From Nitrososphaeria archaeon (GTDB taxonomy: Archaea > Thermoproteota > Nitrososphaeria > JACIWG01), in contig JBEKIG010000009.1 in the NCBI GenBank assembly GCA_050011875.1, forward strand, positions 1 to 64,000: a stretch of DNA of 64,000 nucleotides, in the 5' to 3' direction. Within the stretch, counting starts at the first letter, position 1, and every line of letters begins with the position of its first letter. The notes under the pieces were generated by a model that was not told where the DNA came from, did no database searches, and saw only the letters and a list, made by a program, of their open reading frames with translations. The translations under genes were made by a program, and so were the position numbers. Shown piece after piece: positions 50,814 to 58,913 of the stretch.

Positions 50814-51503
50814 TTGGTGAGGGTTGACACAGATGAACGTTCAGATAGTGTATTCTGGATAATAGATGGGAACGAAAAAAGAATTGCAACAATAAATCTT
50901 ACACCGGGGAAAACTTTTTATGGAGAGAAGACATTATACATAAATAAAAACGAATATCGATATTGGGATCCTTTCAGAAGCAAGCTTGCGGCAGCCCTAA
51001 TCAATGGATTAAAACATTTTCCGTTCCCGAAAAATTTAAAAGTTCTGTACCTTGGCGCATCGACAGGTACAACCGTTAGCCATATATCAGATATCATAGG
51101 AGAAAAGGGAATAATCTTTGCAGTGGAATTTGCTCCTCGAGTTGCAAACGAATTCATTGACAGATGCGCAAAATTTAGAAGAAATCTTATAACTATTGTA
51201 GAAGACGCTCGGAGACCTGAAAAATATTTTGGAATCTTCGGCAAGGTTGATGTTGTCTACTGTGACATAGCTCAACCAAATCAGACAGAGATCGCGATCC
51301 AGAATTGCAGGTTTTATCTTAAGGAAGGAGGTTACCTGTTTTTAGTCGTTAAATCAAGGAGCATAAACGCTACAAAGGCGCCTTCAAGAATCTTTGAGGA
51401 AGAAGAAGATAAACTGAGGATAGCAGGATTTGATCTCCTTCAGACCATAACCTTATCTCCGTTTGACAAAGATCACGCCCTCATTATAGCTAAGATGATC
51501 TGA
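50814..51503 (+). CDS. flpA: Fibrillarin-like rRNA/tRNA 2'-O-methyltransferase
   Basis: WDPFRSKLAAA, LYLGASTGTTVSH, DIAQPNQ. Confidence 0.97.
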   Translation: MVRVDTDERSDSVFWIIDGNEKRIATINLTPGKTFYGEKTLYINKNEYRYWDPFRSKLAAALINGLKHFPFPKNLKVLYLGASTGTTVSHISDIIGEKGIIFAVEFAPRVANEFIDRCAKFRRNLITIVEDARRPEKYFGIFGKVDVVYCDIAQPNQTEIAIQNCRFYLKEGGYLFLVVKSRSINATKAPSRIFEEEEDKLRIAGFDLLQTITLSPFDKDHALIIAKMI

Positions 51504-51540
51504 CACTGAGATCAAAGTCTAGGTAAAAGGTTTCTGTCCT

Positions 51541-52200
51541 TCAATATTCGTCAAGAGTTTTTGAGCGAATCTTCCTAAGCGATTTCCAAGATTGTCTTAC
51601 GAAGTCGGGTAAGTTTCCCTTGCTCTCTATCCAATTCCTAACAAATTCAACTGTTCTTAGGTCAGAAGGATATCCGCTGCCAAAGAATCCATGTTCCTTG
51701 GCTAATTCATCAATTCTCCTATCCCTTGTTACTTTAGCAATAATGCTGGCTGCAGATACGACAACATAATTTCTGTCCGCATGATGTTCCGATATAATCC
51801 TTGGCTTCACGCTCGATAATGAAAGTATATCTGAAGCATATCTCGCAGGTTTAACATCTGGACAGTCTACATACACCACCCTCACATCTAGGGCTTCAAT
51901 AATCTTCGCCATCATTATTACCTCAAGGTAATTCAGCTTATGTAACTTTTTTCCGAACTTAACGTACTCATCTATCTCTTTAGGAGAAACCTCTGTCACG
52001 GTAACCATTTCAGCGTTCTCTGCAATTATATCATAAAGTCTTTTCCTAGTCTTGGGAAGGAGCAGCTTAGAGTCCTTAACTTTAGATCCCTGCAGAAACA
52101 TTAATTTTGATGATCTAATGGAGACACCCGCGACAACCATTGGTCCTATAAGAGAACCTCTGCCGGCTTCGTCTACTCCTCCCACTATTTCTTCTGACAA
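51541..52200 (-). CDS. rnhB: Ribonuclease HII
   Basis: GVDEAGRG, DSK, AASIIAKV, GSGYPSD. Confidence 0.97.
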   Translation of the reverse strand: MSEEIVGGVDEAGRGSLIGPMVVAGVSIRSSKLMFLQGSKVKDSKLLLPKTRKRLYDIIAENAEMVTVTEVSPKEIDEYVKFGKKLHKLNYLEVIMMAKIIEALDVRVVYVDCPDVKPARYASDILSLSSVKPRIISEHHADRNYVVVSAASIIAKVTRDRRIDELAKEHGFFGSGYPSDLRTVEFVRNWIESKGNLPDFVRQSWKSLRKIRSKTLDEY

Positions 52201-52212
52201 TAAGATTTCACC

Positions 52213-52761
52213 TCATTTTATAAAGGGCATTATTTCCTCGACTATAGTTTTATGAAGTAACTCCCTATTCTCAAAAGTTATCTCATAGACCTTTATGTCA
52301 TCTGAACCCGTTATCCTATCAATTATGGGATCCTTCAACCTTTTGTGAACTGATCCAATAACAGGCTTGTCGGAATCTAAAAGGGCTACTATAGCCCTTC
52401 TGACATCTGGAGAAATAAGTTCCATGGGACCGACCTCATCGCATACTATTATGTCGGAATAATCTATTGAGTATAAGATAGACGCAGCAAAGATATTCTT
52501 AAGATCGTTAAGGTTCACTCTATATTTTCCAACTTTCGGGCCAGTTTTTACTTTAACCGAGGAAAGAGTGCCTATTACACCATCTGAAAGACTCACGATC
52601 TGAAATCCTATTCTTACACCTTTTTCCCTCATGTCGCGAGTAAGAACACCACCGATGCTGAGACCTCTCGACTTTAATTCATAAACGATCTTTCCAATCA
52701 GAGTCGTCTTCCCAATTCCAGGTTCCCCTGTAACAAAAATCTTCTTCACCAAGTCTAACAC
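52213..52761 (-). CDS. Nucleoside triphosphatase (THEP1/NTPase_1)
   Basis: GEPGIGKT, GKYRV, DEVGPME. Confidence 0.93.
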   Translation of the reverse strand: MLDLVKKIFVTGEPGIGKTTLIGKIVYELKSRGLSIGGVLTRDMREKGVRIGFQIVSLSDGVIGTLSSVKVKTGPKVGKYRVNLNDLKNIFAASILYSIDYSDIIVCDEVGPMELISPDVRRAIVALLDSDKPVIGSVHKRLKDPIIDRITGSDDIKVYEITFENRELLHKTIVEEIMPFIK

Positions 52762-52814
52762 TTAGGGTAATAGGACAATATGTTTATGTAGTTTTATAAT
52801 TCACTTTCTTTGCA

Positions 52815-53489
52815 ATGAAAAAAAGCGACGGCGAACGTAAGAAAAGAGTTCTGAAGATAATAATAGAGAAGGTTAATGGAGGATGGAAGGGGTGGTCTTC
52901 AAACCCTCTCGAAACCCTTGTTGGCACAATAATTTCTCAGAACACAAATGACAGGAACACGGAGAGGGCGATGGAGCTTCTAAGAAAAGAGATCGGCATT
53001 AATTTAGATGCCATCCTCTCAGCTCCTAAAGAGAAAATTATGGAATGTTTAAAACCTGCTGGATTATATAATACCAAAGCCCCGAGAATAATAGAGTTAG
53101 CTAAGATTCTAAAAGAAAAAATCGGTGATCCAAAAAAACTTGAAGAGATGAGCTCAGAAGACGTTCGTCAATTTCTCTCAAAAATCAAGGGAATAGGACC
53201 TAAGACTGTGGACGTGTTCCTAGCGTTTTCGAGAAAAGAAGATGTAATACCAGTTGACACCCATATTAAAAGGGTTGCTAAAAGACTTGGCTTTGCAGCA
53301 GAAAAAGACAACTACTTCAAGATAAGGGAAAATCTCGAAAAATTTGTTCCTAAAGGAGAGAGGGTTAAAGCCCACTTTGCACTTATAACCTTCGGAAGAG
53401 AAATCTGCAATGCAAGACAACCTAAATGCTCAACATGCCCTGTCATGCAATATTGTCCTTCCAAGAAAATCTTTTATCCAGATATCTAA
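52815..53489 (+). CDS. nth: Endonuclease III (HhH-GPD, 4Fe-4S)
   Basis: SQNTND, GIGPKT, PVDTH, CNARQPKCSTCPVMQYC. Confidence 0.93.
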   Translation: MKKSDGERKKRVLKIIIEKVNGGWKGWSSNPLETLVGTIISQNTNDRNTERAMELLRKEIGINLDAILSAPKEKIMECLKPAGLYNTKAPRIIELAKILKEKIGDPKKLEEMSSEDVRQFLSKIKGIGPKTVDVFLAFSRKEDVIPVDTHIKRVAKRLGFAAEKDNYFKIRENLEKFVPKGERVKAHFALITFGREICNARQPKCSTCPVMQYCPSKKIFYPDI

Positions 53490-53501
53490 GGCTGATGTGT
53501 A

Positions 53502-54659
53502 TTGCAAGAAGAATTGACAAAATACATTGAAGGAAAAACTGAACTCTTTGTTCCAAGGGGAAGCTTGGTATTGAATGTTCCTCCTAAAGAACCAGCCTTC
53601 TTTAATCCAAGAGGGGTTGAAAGCAGAGATATTTCTATAATAGCTTATGAAACCTTTTTACAGCTAGCACAAAAGCCGATAATTTTCACAGATGTTCTGT
53701 GTGGAATTGGAGCAAGAGGGGTAAGAGTAGCAAAAGAAACAGGAGTCTCCAAGGTTTACCTGAATGACATGAACCCAAGTGCAATAGACTTAGTCAGGAA
53801 AAATATAGAAAATAATGGCGTAATAGAAAAATGTATAGTATCAAATGATGATGCAAATCACTTCTTCACAACAAACAGAAAAGAAGGAAACCTCTTTGAC
53901 ATCATAGACATTGACCCTTTCGGTACACCCTCGCCATATCTAGAAGATGCCACCAAGACAATAAGGAAAGAGGGACTCATATCGATGACAGCAACAGACA
54001 CAGCAGTACTATGTGGCTTGCATCCGCATGTCGCACTAAGAAAATATTATGGATTATCAGTCCATACAGAGTACTGTCATGAAGTAGGACTCAGACTCCT
54101 TTTTGGAGCATTGGCATTTTCTGCAGCAAGATATGACAAAGGGATAAAACCACTATTCTGCCATTCTACAAGACATTACCTTAGAGTATATGCTCAAGTT
54201 ACATACGGTGCAGAAGAAGGAGACAGCTCATTAGAGAAGATGGGATACATTAACCACTGCACAAAATGTAACGAAAGAAGCATCAGCAAAATCCCCCTTG
54301 AAAAATGCCCAGAATGCGGGTCAAACATAATTTATGGCGGACCACTCTGGACAGGAAAGATATTTGATGGGAACTTCATAGAAGAAATGATAAAGACCGT
54401 CAAGAACTCGAATACGAGAAAGTATTCAAAGATGATGACCACAGCAGTCGAAGAGACCGAAGGACCACCCATGTACTTTCTCATAAGTATGATATGTGAC
54501 AGACTCCAAGTTAACACTCCAGCAATAGAAAAGATAATCGAAAGATTAAGAAAAAAAGGATTCTATGCATCAAGAACCAGCATAAACAACAAGGCTGTTA
54601 AAACAAATGCCCCTTCTAAAACAGTTAACGAAATCCTTACAGAGTTATCTAAGATATGA
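53502..54659 (+). CDS. trm1: tRNA (guanine-26-N2)-dimethyltransferase
   Basis: FFNP, GIGARG, DIDPFGTP, TATDTAVL, GPLWTG. Confidence 0.96.
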   Translation: MQEELTKYIEGKTELFVPRGSLVLNVPPKEPAFFNPRGVESRDISIIAYETFLQLAQKPIIFTDVLCGIGARGVRVAKETGVSKVYLNDMNPSAIDLVRKNIENNGVIEKCIVSNDDANHFFTTNRKEGNLFDIIDIDPFGTPSPYLEDATKTIRKEGLISMTATDTAVLCGLHPHVALRKYYGLSVHTEYCHEVGLRLLFGALAFSAARYDKGIKPLFCHSTRHYLRVYAQVTYGAEEGDSSLEKMGYINHCTKCNERSISKIPLEKCPECGSNIIYGGPLWTGKIFDGNFIEEMIKTVKNSNTRKYSKMMTTAVEETEGPPMYFLISMICDRLQVNTPAIEKIIERLRKKGFYASRTSINNKAVKTNAPSKTVNEILTELSKI

Positions 54660-55241
54660 CAGACATACAAAATATATTTCACTACTTTCTTTTCTACTCG
54701 CAGACGGTTTCGTAATAAGTACTTTCTTAAACATACCTTTTAATTTATCACGAACATCTTGGAAATAGTCCCCTTGGAAGATCTTGAAGACGCAGTTGCC
54801 TTCAGGCTTTAGAAGATGAGGAATCATGTCTATGACCTTCATAGTTAAATCTATCTGCCTAGTATGATCGACTTCCCAAACACCAGTAATATTTTGAGAC
54901 AAATCTGAAAGGATAACATCAACCTCGAAAATAATCGATTTTCTTACGAAATCCAGAGCTTGGGGGGAAAAAATATCCAATGTATAGGTAAAGACATTGT
55001 TAAGCTGAATATTTACCTTCTTCAAATCAAAGCCAAATACTTTACCATCGGGACCAACCCTCTCACTAGCAACTTGGAGCCAGCCTCCTGGAGCACAGCC
55101 GAAGTCAACTACATAGTCGTCCTCAATTATTAGATGGTACCTGTTGACTAATTCAGCAAGCTTATATGCAGCTCTACTGCGATAACCTTCCTTCTTTGCT
55201 CGCTTTCTATAAAAATCTCGCTTAGCCTGACTTAGCTTCAA
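54645..55241 (-). CDS. rlmE: 23S rRNA Um2552 methyltransferase (FtsJ/RlmE)
   Basis: YRSRAAYKL, DFGCAPGGW, KPSASRKESSE. Confidence 0.95.
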   Translation of the reverse strand: MKLSQAKRDFYRKRAKKEGYRSRAAYKLAELVNRYHLIIEDDYVVDFGCAPGGWLQVASERVGPDGKVFGFDLKKVNIQLNNVFTYTLDIFSPQALDFVRKSIIFEVDVILSDLSQNITGVWEVDHTRQIDLTMKVIDMIPHLLKPEGNCVFKIFQGDYFQDVRDKLKGMFKKVLITKPSASRKESSEIYFVCLSYLR

Positions 55242-55707
55242 CCTTCATTACTACCTTATAAGCCGCAAACTCCTTTCTAACCCAATCCTCTAACGTACTA
55301 CAGGTTTTCGGTGAAATCTTACTATCATCAGAGCACTGTTCTACAACCTTACAAGTCAGACACGGCGTGTCTCTTATCGAAGTCGTTTTTATAGGCATAC
55401 GAATTGGGAAGAGCCTGTAAGTCCATCTACCATTTTCAAGAACACGTTCACGTCTTATCATGCCACGCTTCTCAAGCCTTATAGCTAGGCGGCTACCGTC
55501 CCGGCTTGTCAGGCTGAGTTCTTTCCAAAGTTGGCTCTGAAGTATTCCTTCCATTCCATGCTCTACTATAGCTTTGTACGTTCGTGAAGTAAGGTCAAGC
55601 TCTTCTTCATCAAGTTTTTCAGGAACTTCTTTCGATGCACTCTCGTCTACCTGCTCCTCAGAAATGTTTTCCTTCTCCTCACGATTGGCTTGCTTCGGCA
55701 TAAACAC
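55222..55707 (-). CDS. Rpc34-like protein / TFE beta subunit (winged helix + C-terminal Cys4 Fe-S)
   Basis: GILQSQLWKEL..SRDGSRLAIRLEKRG, GRWTY, PCLTC...C...ISPKTC..LEDW. Confidence 0.85.
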   Translation of the reverse strand: MFMPKQANREEKENISEEQVDESASKEVPEKLDEEELDLTSRTYKAIVEHGMEGILQSQLWKELSLTSRDGSRLAIRLEKRGMIRRERVLENGRWTYRLFPIRMPIKTTSIRDTPCLTCKVVEQCSDDSKISPKTCSTLEDWVRKEFAAYKVVMKVEAKSG

Positions 55708-55764
55708 ACAACCTAATTTTGGGAACTAATTATATTTATCGTAAGAATACCCTTATAACTTTTT

Positions 55765-56688
55765 TCATTTTACTGTGCTAATATACACCGCAACATCGAA
55801 AGATTGCAAAATCTCCTTAGTTCTATTTCTGACAGTCAGAGGTGTAACACCAAGCTCTGAAGCAATATCCTCCGATGATATAGACTCATCAAAGAGTGCA
55901 GAGGCTATGTGGATGCAGGAGGCAGCAAGACCTGCAGGATTTTTTCCCAAGGAGATGTTTGAAGCTTCCACCTTCGAAGCCAAATCCAGAGCTAAGCGCT
56001 CAACCTTTATTGAGAGATTTAACATGTTAGATAGTTTAGTTACATAATTAGATATGTGAGGTCGACTGACAGAAGTAGGGAAGGTCTGCGCCAACGCACG
56101 ATAGTATTTTGCAACATCTTTTTCTTTAATATCCGCAAGATCGGCTACTTCCTTGAGGGTCCTGTTTACATTGCACATACGACACGCTAGGTAGACCATC
56201 GCAGCAGCGATCTCCTTTTGACCCTTGTTTTTGGCGAAAGCCTTTATTTTTGAGGAACGTACGAAATATGCTGCGGTTTCGGCTACGTTGTTTGGTAGAG
56301 AAAGTTTTGTCGCCAGATCTTCAATCTTCTCCAGTAGTTTCATCAGTGAACGTTCTTCCGCACTGACTCTTATCATAGAGTATGTTGTCCTAATTTTTTT
56401 AGCGTCATAGTTTTGCTTGAAATTAGAGAAGGAACCGTATGGCTTGTCCCCTACGAGTGTACTCAGTCCTTCATCATGTAGGAGGAAAGTTCGAGGAGCA
56501 CCGACGCGGACACGCTTCTGTTTATCCTCCATATCAATAGCCTTCCATTCAGGGTGGTCGTCAACAGCTCGATCCCTGACAACTAAACCACATTTTGGGC
56601 AGATAAGCTCCCCCGAGGCCGAGTCGATTATAAGCCCGCGATCGCAGAAAGGACATCGTTGGGATGCTTCATCACGTACTCCGGACAA
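55765..56688 (-). CDS. tfb: Transcription initiation factor TFB (divergent copy)
   Basis: Zn ribbon CPFC...CPKCG, PEWKA, LHDEGLST, two cyclin repeats, TVRNR. Confidence 0.92.
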   Translation of the reverse strand: MSGVRDEASQRCPFCDRGLIIDSASGELICPKCGLVVRDRAVDDHPEWKAIDMEDKQKRVRVGAPRTFLLHDEGLSTLVGDKPYGSFSNFKQNYDAKKIRTTYSMIRVSAEERSLMKLLEKIEDLATKLSLPNNVAETAAYFVRSSKIKAFAKNKGQKEIAAAMVYLACRMCNVNRTLKEVADLADIKEKDVAKYYRALAQTFPTSVSRPHISNYVTKLSNMLNLSIKVERLALDLASKVEASNISLGKNPAGLAASCIHIASALFDESISSEDIASELGVTPLTVRNRTKEILQSFDVAVYISTVK

Positions 56689-56689
56689 T

Positions 56690-56923
56690 TTAACCAGACT
56701 CCATTCGAACGTACAATTGTTCGCCTATAAGCTTTCTAACCCTGTCTGTTGTAGGCTTTACAGAAACATATGGTGAGGAAACAGGTCCAAAGGTTTCTAC
56801 GACGAAGCCAATCTTCTTTCCTGAGGCATCAAATACTGGAATAGAAGGCTTAAGGAAAATTTCTGCCTTAATGATGAGATTTCCACTTTTGGCCTGATGT
56901 AGGACCTGGCCTAATTTCTTCAT
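56690..56923 (-). CDS. gar1: H/ACA sRNP protein Gar1
   Basis: LGQVLH..KSGNLI, FGPVSSPYVSVKP. Confidence 0.92.
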   Translation of the reverse strand: MKKLGQVLHQAKSGNLIIKAEIFLKPSIPVFDASGKKIGFVVETFGPVSSPYVSVKPTTDRVRKLIGEQLYVRMESG

Positions 56924-56948
56924 AACCAGTTTATAAAGAGAACATAAT

Positions 56949-57248
56949 TTAAACCTTTTGATGTCTCATGCCACGCACTGTGCCCAGTGTCCTAGATACA
57001 TCTTTAAGTACATCATTCTTTCGCCCACCCTTATTTACAGACACGTAACCGCTTTCAATAAAGGATCTCTTAGGATACTTTGCCTTAACTTGTTCTGTTA
57101 TGAGTCCAAGCTTCGTCACCGATTCAACGAGTTCGTCCATTGTTGGAGAACCGACAGCGAGATATAGAGGTACCTTTCTACCGTCCTTCCTTGAAAGTTT
57201 GGAGTTAAAGTAATCAAGCCACAAGATTATCCTTTTGTAATCCTTCAA
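56949..57248 (-). CDS. srp19: Signal recognition particle protein SRP19
   Basis: LWLDYFNSKLSRKDGRKVP, KYPK. Confidence 0.93.
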   Translation of the reverse strand: MKDYKRIILWLDYFNSKLSRKDGRKVPLYLAVGSPTMDELVESVTKLGLITEQVKAKYPKRSFIESGYVSVNKGGRKNDVLKDVSRTLGTVRGMRHQKV

Positions 57249-57254
57249 CTTAGA

Positions 57255-57641
57255 TTACCGTTTGATTAATATGGCATTAACTACACCGGCTTGCCCAGGC
57301 CTCGAAGTAACCTTTGCTTCTCCGAGCTCAGTGTCTATAAGTGCACCCTTTGTAATAACACCCTTCCTTGTGAGATCTTTGCTTGCAGGGTTTGTTACTA
57401 GTCTATTAATCTTAACCTTCTTAGTCTGCTTTGATACGGGGTCGAGAACGTTTGCATACTGAGTGGAAAGACACTTAACCTTTAAATCACCTCCCCGTGT
57501 ATTTTTGACGACCCTTTCATCCTCGTTAATCTTTGTTTCAATAGGATATCCATGTCGTTCGTAAGCTCTTCTCCCCCTATTCGGGTTCTTAACGCCACCC
57601 GTGAGCTTGCGTTTGTGAAGATTTTCTATATTCTGCGGCAT
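57255..57641 (-). CDS. rps8e: 30S ribosomal protein S8e
   Basis: KRKLTGG, TRGG, NPAS, ITKGA, TSRPGQAGVVNA. Confidence 0.97.
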   Translation of the reverse strand: MPQNIENLHKRKLTGGVKNPNRGRRAYERHGYPIETKINEDERVVKNTRGGDLKVKCLSTQYANVLDPVSKQTKKVKINRLVTNPASKDLTRKGVITKGALIDTELGEAKVTSRPGQAGVVNAILIKR

Positions 57642-57717
57642 TTTCTAACAAAACATCCCTGATGTGGAGAAGGTTATAAGATTATGGGATAATATACTTT
57701 TCGACCCAGTTAAAATA

Positions 57718-58269
57718 CTATCCAGAAATCTCCTTCGGTATCTGTAATCCCTTAGGAGACCTTGCTTTCAGTTGCTCTTTTAGGTCATTGATGTCAGCAC
57801 TTAATCCGAAATACTCGGAAAAATTACTTGTTGTGACATAGGTTTTTGGTTTTATGCTAGATTGAATTGACACGAAGTCGAGAACCTCTAGTGTTGAGAG
57901 ATGGCGGTAAGCTTTCGAACCGATATGTCTGAGAATATCTTTTATTGTAACAGGTTGATAGAACGCCACATAAGACAATGTTTTGAGGACGGCCTCGGGG
58001 ACAAGAGGTTTAGTGGCGAACTTTCTAACAATGTTGTTGTAATCTGACTTCAGCTGCATGGCAAACAGGTTTCCCGGCAGTTCAACTACTTCCAGCGCGT
58101 TCGAAAAAGAGTTGTAAGTAGAAAGTACTTCTCTTGCCAGTAAAAGGTTCTTTCTCTTGGAAAAGACTCCAGTGGCACGTGAAATGTCTTCCATGGAAAG
58201 AGGGTGACCGGTTACGTAAAGAGCCGCTTCTATCCTTCCCTTTAGAACGCTTATTTCTTCTTTGTTCAC
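57718..58269 (-). CDS. scpB: Segregation and condensation protein B (kite)
   Basis: IEAALYVTG.PLS, LKTLSYVAFYQPVT, TTSNFSEYFG. Confidence 0.93.
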   Translation of the reverse strand: MNKEEISVLKGRIEAALYVTGHPLSMEDISRATGVFSKRKNLLLAREVLSTYNSFSNALEVVELPGNLFAMQLKSDYNNIVRKFATKPLVPEAVLKTLSYVAFYQPVTIKDILRHIGSKAYRHLSTLEVLDFVSIQSSIKPKTYVTTSNFSEYFGLSADINDLKEQLKARSPKGLQIPKEISG

Positions 58270-58913
58270 TGTACAAGCACCGTAATAACAATGTCATCGC
58301 TAACCTGCTTCAGATCAGCGAACTCTTCTTGTGCTACACAAAGTGACAGGATAAAATGCCTTACCATTTCTATTAAAGTAAGGCCGTGAACCATCCTCCT
58401 AAAACTGACCTGATGTGAATCATCCATCAGCATCATAAGCTTCTTCTTAAACTCCTTCAACGTCTCGTTTATGTTCATAATGAAAGGGTCGACTGGCAGC
58501 TCTAAGCTAGGAACTGGGATGAGTGTCTCTTCTTTCCTTAGCACTAAAGTTGTAGCTGAATTTATGATCCTTTCAAGGGCTGTTAGAAGATCTTCCACCG
58601 ATGTAGAATACGATTCATGTCTATAAGGAACCTCTATAATAGAAGGCAATGTGAGATCTTCTCTCTCCATCTGAGCTGAAGACTGCCTTTCAAAAAGAAA
58701 AAAAGATTCGACCTGCAATCTGAATATTATAGATGAAGACAATGCGACTGTACCGTAAAGCCTCAAATCCTTAGATTCTTCTATAGTATAGATAGATAGA
58801 AATTCCTTTAAGAGATCTTTAACATTTATGTTCCACGCCTTCTTCTTTGACAATTCCTCAGAATCTATGAGGAACTTCAGAGGAATCTTTGTAAGAGGGT
58901 CCTTTGTGCTCAT
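58266..58913 (-). CDS. scpA: Segregation and condensation protein A (kleisin)
   Basis: WNINV, SVEDLLTAL, C-terminal winged helix FILSL...QEEFADL; lies between smc and scpB. Confidence 0.85.
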   Translation of the reverse strand: MSTKDPLTKIPLKFLIDSEELSKKKAWNINVKDLLKEFLSIYTIEESKDLRLYGTVALSSSIIFRLQVESFFLFERQSSAQMEREDLTLPSIIEVPYRHESYSTSVEDLLTALERIINSATTLVLRKEETLIPVPSLELPVDPFIMNINETLKEFKKKLMMLMDDSHQVSFRRMVHGLTLIEMVRHFILSLCVAQEEFADLKQVSDDIVITVLVQ

